Assembly: GCA_963696295.1 (NCBI GenBank) | Contig: CAVOJR010000001.1 | Span: 2,304,001-2,368,000 of the forward strand | Source: an uncultured Chlamydiae bacterium | Lineage (GTDB): Bacteria > Chlamydiota > Chlamydiia > Chlamydiales > JAJFMB01 | DNA: 64,000 bases | Direction: 5' to 3' | In this document: positions 11,060-20,456 of the stretch, in pieces | How positions within the stretch are numbered: position 1 is the first letter of the stretch | Layout: every line of letters starts with the position of its first letter | Position numbers and translations under genes: made by a program | The notes under the pieces: model-generated | What the model was told of the DNA's origin: nothing | Database searches by the model: none | What the model saw: the letters and a program-made list of their open reading frames with translations, nothing else

Positions 11060-12022
11060 GTGAGCAGTGTGCATGAGAGCGAGTACAAACTCCCCCACGA
11101 CGGAAAGTTAAAATGGGGTATCGATGTCGCAGCTACTTTGGGTTTATGTACTTACGACGTAAAAATCGCTCGCGACCAAATAAAGAACTACGGGGGGATG
11201 TTAGCTGAGAAGTCTTTGGATTCTAAAGCCCTCTCTTCAGTAGTCGGCGCCAAACTCTCCAGCAACTTTTTGTGGGGAGGCATCGCGGGGAACCTGTTGG
11301 AACCAGCTCAAGCGCTCACCAGAAAAGTCCTTGGCAAAGACGCCTCTAATGCCGCAGTGGCTACCGGGGGAGGAATGCTCTCCTCGGCGGCGGCAACCGC
11401 ATTGCTAAGGCCCCTCTCCGTCATTACGCTAAACAGCCAAACCCAATCAACTTCTATCCTTCAATCGGCAAAAGAACTCGCCGGGGGAAATCCGCTGCAC
11501 TTGATCAAAGAGTCTTTCGGTTCTTTAGCCGTGGCATCTCAAGTTACGGGAAGCACTATTTTTGGAGCCACATTTTGGGGCGCGTCAAGCTACTTATATG
11601 ATCAGTCTATGAAAATCATGAAATCATCAAATACGGGACTTTCAGAAGAAAATCAAAAAATCATATGCGGAACAGGCTCTGTAGTTGGAGGCGGCACGGG
11701 AGCAATGATTCTCTCCACCCCATTCTCTCTCTATGCCAGAGAAAAGGCTTACGACACAGCCCGCATAGCAGCAGAAAAAGAGCCAAAAGAACTTGCAGCC
11801 AAAATCATGAAACCCTTGGAAATTAGAATAGCAGAGGCATTCAAAGGAAATTTTAAGCGCTTCATCATCCCGATGACAGCTTATGGATTGGCAGCCTCCT
11901 ATTTTGGGGCAGTTCAAAACGATGAAAAACCTCCTGCCAAGAAAACTGAATTAGCAGAGTACGTTGATTATGAAAACACAGTATTAGAGCAAAATGGGGA
12001 AATTATCTTTGATGCCAGTTGA
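11060..12022 (+). CDS. Membrane protein with three degenerate mitochondrial-carrier (SLC25)-like repeats
   Basis: GTG start after AGGAG; three Gly/Ala-rich hairpins about 90-100 aa apart with TYDVKIARDQ, RPLSVITLNSQ and TPFSLYAREK motifs. Confidence 0.5.
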   Translation: MSSVHESEYKLPHDGKLKWGIDVAATLGLCTYDVKIARDQIKNYGGMLAEKSLDSKALSSVVGAKLSSNFLWGGIAGNLLEPAQALTRKVLGKDASNAAVATGGGMLSSAAATALLRPLSVITLNSQTQSTSILQSAKELAGGNPLHLIKESFGSLAVASQVTGSTIFGATFWGASSYLYDQSMKIMKSSNTGLSEENQKIICGTGSVVGGGTGAMILSTPFSLYAREKAYDTARIAAEKEPKELAAKIMKPLEIRIAEAFKGNFKRFIIPMTAYGLAASYFGAVQNDEKPPAKKTELAEYVDYENTVLEQNGEIIFDAS

Positions 12023-12024
12023 CC

Positions 12025-12456
12025 TTACTGATTGACCTCAAAAATTCGATAAACCACCCAATAGGGGGGATTCAGGGGATCGGGGGTCCAAGCGGTCACG
12101 AGCTTCCCATCATAATAAAGAAAATCATTTCTGTGATAATATTTGCAGTTAAATTGAAATGTGCAGCAACCCTGATCAAAGTAACTTTTGCAAGGGTTTT
12201 TCTTGTAATTTTGAGGAAGCGGTTCGGGCACCAAGCCGTTGAAACTATGAGCAAATCCACACGAATCCCTTTCACACATATTTCTCAACCACAAAGCACA
12301 AATGACTTTATTTTGTGCTACTGACTGAGAGGAGGATCCGCCTTGAGGTTTTAACCTTTCAACCAAAGGTTGATCCCCCATTAAACGCAAAGGAGAGGTG
12401 TAATAATTAGAACAATCTGGATGTGGAATAACATAAAATATGTTTTGAATAGACAT
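12025..12456 (-). CDS. Tandem CCCH zinc-finger protein (tristetraprolin/TIS11-like)
   Basis: C-x7-C-x4-C-x3-H, 18-aa linker ending YKKNP, then C-x8-C-x5-C-x3-H. Confidence 0.85.
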   Translation of the reverse strand: MSIQNIFYVIPHPDCSNYYTSPLRLMGDQPLVERLKPQGGSSSQSVAQNKVICALWLRNMCERDSCGFAHSFNGLVPEPLPQNYKKNPCKSYFDQGCCTFQFNCKYYHRNDFLYYDGKLVTAWTPDPLNPPYWVVYRIFEVNQ

Positions 12457-12539
12457 TTTGCCTCAAAATTTATGTACCAACTTAAACAAACGGCAAAAAA
12501 TTGTCAACTGCTCCGCGGGAACTTAATAAAATCACTTTC

Positions 12540-12603
12540 TATACCCAAACAACCTCCAAATTTGGTTTTTGGCAAAGCCAAATTTTGAGGTTGTTTGGGT
12601 ATA
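12540..12603. repeat. Palindromic MITE/REP-like element (short form)
   Basis: TATACCCAAACAACCTC...GAGGTTGTTTGGGTATA inverted repeat; same termini as the element at 52602. Confidence 0.8.
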
Positions 12604-12890
12604 TATGGACTGTACTAACCCGTTAATTTGGATTATACCGGCCTTGTCACAAACCCTCTGGATATATTAAGCAGAACTGGCCGATTGAAATTCCCGATTT
12701 TGATCCGCCCTATAATTTTTCTGATAAAGAGATCTGCCAATTGAGATGGATTAAGAGATACATACGATCCTCCCCACTGGTGTGACTCACCATTTAAGAG
12801 AAAATGACCACTGCCAGCAGTGGAATAGATGGCTATTTTAATGGTTGTATGATATAATTAGTCGAAATTTTTAATTTGCTTAGTAAGATT

Positions 12891-13959
12891 ATGGATGTTA
12901 GATCTTTTATTGACCAATATACACTCCCTTTACAATATTTTATTCTAGATAAGCCGAATCTTCCAACGATAAATCGGGTGAATGAGTTTAGTCAGGAATG
13001 GTTGACTCAACAAATGAGAGCGTTAAATTCCGATAAGCAACTGGCTTTAGAAAAAGAATTCTTTGAAATGTTCGGTAAACAGCCCGAACAAACCAGGAGC
13101 CCTGGCTGGAGCATATGCGCCGAGGGATGGCGCAATCTCAAAAAAAAATCGGCATGGCTATTTCCCCTACGATGAGAATATCTATGCTCCCCGCCTTTCC
13201 CCCGATATGGCGCCCTACTATCATAATGCGAGTAAAATTTCACTAAGCGATTATCAATGGGTAGCAGCACAGGGCCCCATGGCAAACACCATCGACGATT
13301 TCTGGCATGCCGTGATAGCTGGAGGATCTAATAAAATTGTCACTCTTGCCATGCCTACGGAGAATCAATACGAAAAATGTTTGAATTATTGGCAAACGGG
13401 AAGCCGCACTATTTGGCACAATGAGGAGCGTTTAGGGGAAATTCATCTCATTTTTGAAGAGCAGCTTGACAAAGTAGATCATGATAACGAGTATACGATC
13501 AGAATGGATGGGGATGACCAGGATACAATCAGGCGGCAATTCAAATGGGTGCCGGTGAAGGGGAAGGGAGAAATCAAAGACATTGAACAATTCCACTTCC
13601 GAAATTGGGTCGATATGAAAGTTCCTAAGACTGAGCTCATCAATAAGTTCCAAGACCGGATCGATGCGACACCCACAACCGGACCTAAAATAGTTCATTG
13701 CAGCGCAGGCGCTGGCCGGACAGGGGCTTTTATCGTTTTAGACTTCTATAAACATGTCATCGATGATGAGTTGCAAAAGTTGAAGAGCGGGCAAAATATC
13801 CGCAACATCCAGATGAACATAAGTATCGTCGATACCGTATTAAAAATTCGCAAGCAGCGCCAAGCTATGGTCAAAACAGATTATCAGTTGCGTATCATCC
13901 AGGATGCTTTGATCGCGAGGTATCATCCTCTTTATGAGAAAGCGGATGATGATGAATAA
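12891..13959 (+). CDS. Classical protein tyrosine phosphatase; frameshifted at an A9 run (13140-13148)
   Basis: KNRH.FPYD, AAQGP, FWHAV, WVD loop, VHCSAGAGRTG, QAMVKTDYQ; removing one A joins ORFs 12876-13175 and 13063-13959. Confidence 0.88.
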
Positions 13960-14009
13960 AAATCGTGATTGATTTTATAATAAATCAGTTTTTATAAAAG
14001 AAGGTTACT

Positions 14010-15872
14010 ATGGCATCACTAGAGCCGCTCCGAATTTTTTCTAAGGAGGAGTGGAAAACTCTCTACCCTGACACCGATTCCCAAGCCCAAAGGGGCAAAA
14101 CGTACCCCTTCCACTTTATGACCGCCCGCAATCCCAAGGAAGAGATTCTCATCGAAAGGATCAGGAAAGCAACAGACGCATTGATCGCAGCCGATGACGA
14201 AGATCACCACAAATTGACCCCGCTCATCATCGCCGTGATGAAAGGAAATACGAGGATTGTCGAAGAGCTGCTCTTAAAAGAGATTGTGCGCGCACATATT
14301 AATGATACGGACGCCTATGGATGGACACCCCTGCATCACGCAGCCCTCACCTCAGATGAAATCTTCCAAAAACTCAGGGCTTGCGGGGCAAATCCAAACT
14401 GCCGCACGATTTTGAATGCCTCTACAGACGACCTCAAAGCCCTCGTTGCCTGGGGTATCAAAGCGCGTTCACTAGAACATGTCTCCTTTGAGGAAAAGCC
14501 ATTGGAGGAGGAAACGGCAAAAACTCAATTCAAAATGACGTCATACCGGGATCTCCCCTACTTTCCCCCCGAACAACTGCAACATCTTTGGCAACAAAAG
14601 AAGTTCCAAGAAGAACCTTTAGCAAACTACGTTATCATCCGTTTTAAGCACCATGCCCCTAAGCTCGTCATCTCCGCCATCGATAAGGAAAGAGGGTTTT
14701 ATGGACTCTCAGCCGGTGAAGAGCTACCCATCGGAACCGTCATCGGCGAGTATGGGGGAGCTTTCAGGGAACAGACAACAGGTTTCGGAACCTTTTCTTC
14801 CGAAGAGGCCAAAAAACACGCATATCTCTTCAAAGGCTTTGATGCGAAAGAGGTGGGAAATGCCACCCGCTTTATGAATTGCGGCTTTTCCAATGTGGCC
14901 CCCCTTCCAAAGGTAGAAAATGGTGTGGTAAAGGTTTTCTTTGTCGCCCATCAACCCATCCAAAAAGGGGAGCCGATCCTCTATAACTATGGGGGCAAAG
15001 CCTATGATGTCACTTTCGGCCCCCAAACCCTCTTCAATCGGGATAAAATGCACGCTTTTTTTAAAAAAGGATTGGAAGCCATCAGAAAAGAGAACGAGCT
15101 AGTCGACGAACAAATACTCAGCAGCAAAACGATGGATCAGGCTGTCGATCTCTATCTAAAGAGGGCTAATTTGCGCGACCATGCGGTATTTCCTCTAGAT
15201 AACCCCCTCGCTTTAATCGACCTTCACATCTCAGGTACCGTTCCTGCGAAAGCGTGGTTAAAGGCTCTCGTCAATTTAGATCATCTTTCTATTCAAGAAT
15301 GGGTAAAACAGCAAGGGTTAATGGCCTATGCGCGCGCGTGGCAATTCACCCTGTACTTGTCCAAAATCGATCGCAATATCCAGACAAATGCCAAGGAGCA
15401 CTATCCCCTCTTCCAAAAGTGGGTTCAAGACCGTTGCCAAACAGCCAAAATCATGGACCTGTTAAAGGGGATGGAATTGATTGAGGAAGCGCTGGTAGTA
15501 CAAAAAAATCCAAAGATGCTCGAAGAAGTCGATGAGCGACTTAAACATTACGATTGGAAGCAGGACCCCTCCAGCCTCTTTAGCTATGAAAGCCGGCGAA
15601 GGGCTTTGGAACAATACCTTGATTTTACCCTATTTAGAGGCCTGGATACCCAGACTTTGCTGCACTTCCCGACCAAAAGAAATGCCTTCATCGAAATCCT
15701 GGAAACAGAAGCGATAAAGGAGACAAGGGGGCTAAAATCGGGTTTCAAGGGATCGGAAATGGAACAAATCTTCAAAGAGATCAAAGAAAGCACTCCAAAA
15801 GCCTCAAATTTAATATCGTATTTAACCAAAATAGGTGAAGAGTTCAAAGAAATGGGAAATTTCATAAAATAG
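14010..15872 (+). CDS. Ankyrin repeat plus SET domain protein (putative lysine methyltransferase effector)
   Basis: TPLIIAV and GWTPLHHAA ankyrin motifs; GEYGG...GNATRFMNC...IQKGEPILYNYG SET motifs. Confidence 0.88.
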   Translation: MASLEPLRIFSKEEWKTLYPDTDSQAQRGKTYPFHFMTARNPKEEILIERIRKATDALIAADDEDHHKLTPLIIAVMKGNTRIVEELLLKEIVRAHINDTDAYGWTPLHHAALTSDEIFQKLRACGANPNCRTILNASTDDLKALVAWGIKARSLEHVSFEEKPLEEETAKTQFKMTSYRDLPYFPPEQLQHLWQQKKFQEEPLANYVIIRFKHHAPKLVISAIDKERGFYGLSAGEELPIGTVIGEYGGAFREQTTGFGTFSSEEAKKHAYLFKGFDAKEVGNATRFMNCGFSNVAPLPKVENGVVKVFFVAHQPIQKGEPILYNYGGKAYDVTFGPQTLFNRDKMHAFFKKGLEAIRKENELVDEQILSSKTMDQAVDLYLKRANLRDHAVFPLDNPLALIDLHISGTVPAKAWLKALVNLDHLSIQEWVKQQGLMAYARAWQFTLYLSKIDRNIQTNAKEHYPLFQKWVQDRCQTAKIMDLLKGMELIEEALVVQKNPKMLEEVDERLKHYDWKQDPSSLFSYESRRRALEQYLDFTLFRGLDTQTLLHFPTKRNAFIEILETEAIKETRGLKSGFKGSEMEQIFKEIKESTPKASNLISYLTKIGEEFKEMGNFIK

Positions 15873-15874
15873 AC

Positions 15875-16264
15875 TTATCTTTTACTGGAGAGGTCGGAAA
15901 AATTGAGGGGATGGAGGGTGGTCTGGTAATTTCCCGCGATGATCTGAACTGTGCTGTTACTATCCAAGGCGTTGATCGTCAATTGGGTCGCCTCGGAAGG
16001 GAGCAAAAGCCTCTGAAATCCTTCTAATACCCTTCCAATGAAAATATATCTTTGACCTTCAATGATGAGGGTAATTTCTATTTCGCCCGGCGGAAAACCA
16101 AAAGTATAATTATTGAGATATCCCCAGTCGGTTCCACAGGAGCGAATGATTTCAAAATAACACTCTCTGGTTGGGAAGGATAGGCGCGAACAGCTGCCCT
16201 GTGGGGTTTCTAAACGCCATTTAGGGGGGGATGCGCAGGCGGAAAGTAGAAAAAGGAGCAGCAC
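15875..16264 (-). CDS. Putative lipoprotein
   Basis: GTG start after AAGGGG; lipobox LSAC. Confidence 0.65.
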   Translation of the reverse strand: MLLLFLLSACASPPKWRLETPQGSCSRLSFPTRECYFEIIRSCGTDWGYLNNYTFGFPPGEIEITLIIEGQRYIFIGRVLEGFQRLLLPSEATQLTINALDSNSTVQIIAGNYQTTLHPLNFSDLSSKR

Positions 16265-16289
16265 GACCCCTTTTTCTAGCCAGTAAGCT

Positions 16290-16541
16290 TTATCCGCAGC
16301 TGCAGTGGGAGTGCGCATGTGCTGTGCTGGGGCGGGAGTTTTGAACCGCGACGGCAATGATGGCAACCAAAGCGATTGTGCCTAAGGCCACAGCCGGTGT
16401 GATGCAAGGAGCTCTACGGCAATCGACATAGCCGCAGCCGCCGGTACTGGTGGAATAACAACAATCTTGAGCATGCAATACGGGGCCTCCGAGCATGACA
16501 AACATAATCGCTGCTACAAGCGCTTTTTTAAATATATTCAT
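16290..16541 (-). CDS. Small cysteine-rich exported/membrane protein
   Basis: Signal peptide MNIFKKALVAAIMF...LHA, Cys cluster, TM helix, HAHSHCSC tail. Confidence 0.7.
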   Translation of the reverse strand: MNIFKKALVAAIMFVMLGGPVLHAQDCCYSTSTGGCGYVDCRRAPCITPAVALGTIALVAIIAVAVQNSRPSTAHAHSHCSCG

Positions 16542-16688
16542 GAGTTTAAAACTCCTTCCCACTCTAGGTGATGTTTTTAAGTTTTAACATTTGTATTGCA
16601 CAAGAGATATTTTAGCGCAAATATTTTCAAATGAGACAGTGATGTTTTGACAAGAAAAAAATAATGAAAAAGATGTATTTATTTCAAC

Positions 16689-17174
16689 CTATTTTTGCTC
16701 GATCGAGTAGCTTAAGGAGCGGAAGGAGCGGAAAAAGTCGGGATAAAAGGCGGCAAATTCCTCTTTTGCGGCTGAAGCATTCAAGATATAGACGATTTTA
16801 TCTTTAATCAAAATCACATGCATCATACGGACAACGCCCCATTCTGTCATGACATCCACTTGCGACAGGCTGGCCTCGCCGCACTCGGTGCGGATGGTCC
16901 CTAAATCCTTCCATTCGGTTTTTTGGGATTGATTGTATTTTTTCACAATCTCGAGGTATTCAGGAAGCGTCCCTTCGTAGGGCTCAGTGTTGAGGTTAAG
17001 CTGGGGAGGAAAGGAGGATTTTCCCTTGCCGACGACGACGACTTTCACGCTATTGGGGTATTCCTTCAGATCGGCATACCGCCAACCCTTAGGAGAGTCG
17101 AATTTCATGATCCCAAAATCTCCGAAGAGGGGATGGATTGAAAGCAGTAGCAGGAGTGTGGCAAAGCAGCGCAT
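16689..17174 (-). CDS. Exported DcrB/PsbP-like (DUF1795-like) protein
   Basis: Signal peptide; F.SP.GW and C-terminal YILNASA...F..F.RSF pattern. Confidence 0.6.
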   Translation of the reverse strand: MRCFATLLLLLSIHPLFGDFGIMKFDSPKGWRYADLKEYPNSVKVVVVGKGKSSFPPQLNLNTEPYEGTLPEYLEIVKKYNQSQKTEWKDLGTIRTECGEASLSQVDVMTEWGVVRMMHVILIKDKIVYILNASAAKEEFAAFYPDFFRSFRSLSYSIEQK

Positions 17175-17279
17175 AATTTTTCCTTTTCCAAGAGCATACA
17201 ATTTTGCGAATTTAACAGCAAATTCTTGCGCTTTATGGCAAAATGGTGGAAAATTGTTTCCTTTGCGAATCGGAGAAAT

Positions 17280-17912
17280 ATGAAGTCATTAAAAGAAGGT
17301 CAGGAAAAAATCCAGGAGATTTGCCATTTATTGCGCAAGGAGACTTTGGAGCCAGCCCAACTCGAAGCAAGCGAGATCATCCAGGCCGCTAAAGAACGCG
17401 CAAAAGAGATTGTCGAAGAGGCTGAAATGCACGCGCAAAAGCATTTGGAAAGCGTCAGACGCGTCATCGATCAGGAGCGCAATGTCTTTCATGCCTCTTT
17501 AGAACAAGCGGCCTCCCAAAGCCTGGAAGCTTTGCGGCAGGAAGTGGAAAAATCTCTTTTCAATAAAGAGATTTCCAAACTCGTGGCTATGGAAGCCGTC
17601 AAGCCGGATGTGATTGCAAAACTCATCAGCGCTATTGTCAAAGCCATCGAAAAAGAGGGTATTAGTTCCGATATTTCGGCGATTATTCCGCAAACCGTTT
17701 CTGCTGAAGAGGTAAACCGTTTATTGATGGATGGCATTCTTAAAAAGCTAAAGGATGAAAGCGTCAAGGTGGGCGGCTTTGCCGGCGGGGCCAAAGTCCA
17801 AATGCACGATAAAAAATTGACTGTCGATATCACTGATGAAGCTTTAAAGGAATTATTGACTTCATACGTCCGCAAGGATTTTCGTAAAATCATCTTCGCA
17901 GCAAACGCATAA
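17280..17912 (+). CDS. atpE: V-type ATP synthase subunit E
   Basis: ETLEPAQLEA coiled coil; first gene of chlamydial V-ATPase operon. Confidence 0.92.
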   Translation: MKSLKEGQEKIQEICHLLRKETLEPAQLEASEIIQAAKERAKEIVEEAEMHAQKHLESVRRVIDQERNVFHASLEQAASQSLEALRQEVEKSLFNKEISKLVAMEAVKPDVIAKLISAIVKAIEKEGISSDISAIIPQTVSAEEVNRLLMDGILKKLKDESVKVGGFAGGAKVQMHDKKLTVDITDEALKELLTSYVRKDFRKIIFAANA

Positions 17913-17913
17913 A

Positions 17914-18690
17914 ATGAGCTATTACTTTCTCGGCAGCGCGCTGCCGGATCTGCAGGTTGGAGCACCGCCGGACTTGGGTTTTCATGAGCTTTTGGACTTG
18001 CTCAAAGATAACTTAAGCGAAGTGGATTATGAAAAGGTTAAAGTTATCAGACGTTTTTATGACATCCAAAATATGCGCGCCTTGTGGAAAGGGGAGGAGC
18101 TGGATAAATGGGGGAATCTGGACCAGAATGAGCTCGAGGAAGCGCTGTTAACCCGCAGCGGCCTGGCCAGCTATGTTTACGATTTTTTGGAGCAGTATGA
18201 CAAAACGGCAGACCGCATAAGCCATTTTCCTCAGCTCCTCGCGGGATATTACAATGAGGAATTGCCTAAAGCGAAAGGTTTTCTCTTTGATTATCTTAAT
18301 TTTGAAAGGGGCTGGAGGCTGGTTTCAACCGCCTTTCGCGCTAAAAAATTAAATCGCGATATTATCAAAGAGCTGCAATATGAAAATCCGGATTGTAACC
18401 TCGTCGCCCAAATAGTGGCGCAAAAGGACGCTCCTCATTATGAGCCTCCTGATGAATATTATGATTTAAAACCAATATTTGAAAAGCATTACCAGGACCC
18501 GTCTGAATTGTATCAGGCTCTATGTCATTACCGGTTCGAAAAAATTAACGGGTTTTCAAACATAGACAGATTTTCCATTAATGGAATTCTCTCTTTTGTA
18601 GCCCGGTTTATCATTGTGGATAAATGGCTTGAGCTGGACAAAAAAAAGGGAATGCAAATCGTAGATAGTATAGTAAAGGAAAATTCATGA
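17914..18690 (+). CDS. DUF2764 family protein (V-ATPase subunit C-like)
   Basis: YYFL.SALP start; lies between subunits E and A as in Chlamydiae. Confidence 0.85.
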   Translation: MSYYFLGSALPDLQVGAPPDLGFHELLDLLKDNLSEVDYEKVKVIRRFYDIQNMRALWKGEELDKWGNLDQNELEEALLTRSGLASYVYDFLEQYDKTADRISHFPQLLAGYYNEELPKAKGFLFDYLNFERGWRLVSTAFRAKKLNRDIIKELQYENPDCNLVAQIVAQKDAPHYEPPDEYYDLKPIFEKHYQDPSELYQALCHYRFEKINGFSNIDRFSINGILSFVARFIIVDKWLELDKKKGMQIVDSIVKENS

Positions 18691-20456
18691 CCTCAAATGT
18701 TATTCCGGTCACAGGACAAGTGACAAAAGCTTTCGGCAACCTTTTGCAGGTGCGCTTTGAGGGAAGCATCCGGCAGGGGGAAGTGGCCATGGTGAATGTC
18801 GGAGGTAAAAATCTGAAATCTGAAGTGATTGAGATTATTGGCGATGAAGCGAAGATTCAAGTTTTTGAAGACACACGGGAGATCAAACTCAATACTCCGG
18901 TGACTTTTACAGGGGAGCTTTTAGAGGCGGAGCTTGGACCCGGATTGCTGACGCAGATCTACGATGGACTGCAAAATCCTCTCGACAGCCTGGCTGTAGA
19001 GGAAGGGTTGTTTTTACCAAGGGGCGTCTATTTGAATGCCATTCCCCGTCACCATAAATGGGATTATGAGCCGAGGGTGAAGATAGGGGATGTGGTTGAG
19101 CGGGGAGATACCTTGGGCGTGACGATGGAAGGGCGCTTCCGCCACCATGTGATGGTTCCTTTTTCTCTTTATGGCAAATACAAAATCACCTGGGTGATCC
19201 ATGCCGGTTCCCATACCGCCGATAAGGTGGTTGCCAAAGCCGAGGATGAGAAGGGGAAGACGCATGAGTTTACCATGATCCAAAAGTGGCCTATCAAAGC
19301 CTCCTTATTTCACGGCGAAAAAGTGAAGCCGGTAAAGATGATGGAGACCGGCCTCAGGACCATTGACACCCAGTTTCCCATTATGAAAGGGGGCACTTTC
19401 TGCAGCCCGGGCCCCTTTGGCGCGGGTAAAACGGTGATGCAGCACCATTTGGCCAAGTATTCTTCTGTGGATCTGGTTGTGATTGTCGCCTGCGGCGAGC
19501 GCGCTGGCGAGGTGGTAGAGGTTTTGCGCGAGTTTCCCCACCTGATCGATCCTCATACGGGTGAAACCTTGATGTCCCGCACGGTCATTATCTGCAATAC
19601 CTCCTCAATGCCCGTTGCTGCGCGGGAATCGTCGATTTACATGGGGATGACCATTGCGGAATATTACCGGCAAATGGGTCTGGATGTGCTCCTGCTGGCA
19701 GATTCCACTTCCCGCTGGGCGCAAGCTTTGCGCGAAATGTCGGGACGCCTTGAGGAGATCCCGGGCGATGAGGCTTTTCCGGCCTACCTCGCTTCCCGTA
19801 TCGCCTCTTTTTATGAGCGGTCGGGGGTCGTCTATTTGAAAGGGGAGAAGCTCGGGTCAGTGACTGTTGGCGGCGCCGTATCGCCTGCCGGGGGCAATTT
19901 CGAGGAACCGGTGACTCAGGCGACGCTCTCAGTCGTCGGGGCGTTTCTCGGGCTTTCCAGGGAGCGGTCCGATGCCAGGCGCTATCCGGCGATCGATCCG
20001 TTGATTTCCTGGTCAAAGTATGTGAACGCCGTCAGCAAAGAGCTGGAAGAGAAAGCTCCCGGATGGGGAGAAAATGTGAAAAAGGCGTTTCGCATCTTGA
20101 AGAAAGGGGATGAGATCGGAAAGAGGATGGAGGTCGTCGGCGAAGAGGGGACAGCGCTTGAGGATATGATCCTTTATCTCAAAGCGGAACTCTACGATTT
20201 TGCCTATCTGCAGCAAAACGCCTTTGATAAGGAAGATGCTTATTGCCCCTTGATAAGGCAAATAGAGCTGTTTCAATTAATTAATGCAATTTTTGATGCT
20301 AAATTCGCTTTTACCTCCCACGATCAGGCCAGGAAATTCTTTTTGAAGATCCAAAATGAGATTAAAAACATGAACTTTTTAGCCTACGACTCTGATCAAT
20401 ACCGGAGCGCATATAATAAAATAATGGAAGGGCTCTCTCATGAAAATGGTCTATGA
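18687..20456 (+). CDS. atpA: V-type ATP synthase subunit A
   Basis: Walker [25 protein letters not shown]. Confidence 0.98.
   Translation: MTSNVIPVTGQVTKAFGNLLQVRFEGSIRQGEVAMVNVGGKNLKSEVIEIIGDEAKIQVFEDTREIKLNTPVTFTGELLEAELGPGLLTQIYDGLQNPLDSLAVEEGLFLPRGVYLNAIPRHHKWDYEPRVKIGDVVERGDTLGVTMEGRFRHHVMVPFSLYGKYKITWVIHAGSHTADKVVAKAEDEKGKTHEFTMIQKWPIKASLFHGEKVKPVKMMETGLRTIDTQFPIMKGGTFCSPGPFGAGKTVMQHHLAKYSSVDLVVIVACGERAGEVVEVLREFPHLIDPHTGETLMSRTVIICNTSSMPVAARESSIYMGMTIAEYYRQMGLDVLLLADSTSRWAQALREMSGRLEEIPGDEAFPAYLASRIASFYERSGVVYLKGEKLGSVTVGGAVSPAGGNFEEPVTQATLSVVGAFLGLSRERSDARRYPAIDPLISWSKYVNAVSKELEEKAPGWGENVKKAFRILKKGDEIGKRMEVVGEEGTALEDMILYLKAELYDFAYLQQNAFDKEDAYCPLIRQIELFQLINAIFDAKFAFTSHDQARKFFLKIQNEIKNMNFLAYDSDQYRSAYNKIMEGLSHENGL

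Noticed and set aside
12019..12324. 101-aa plus-strand ORF
   Set aside because: Antisense shadow of the CCCH zinc-finger gene
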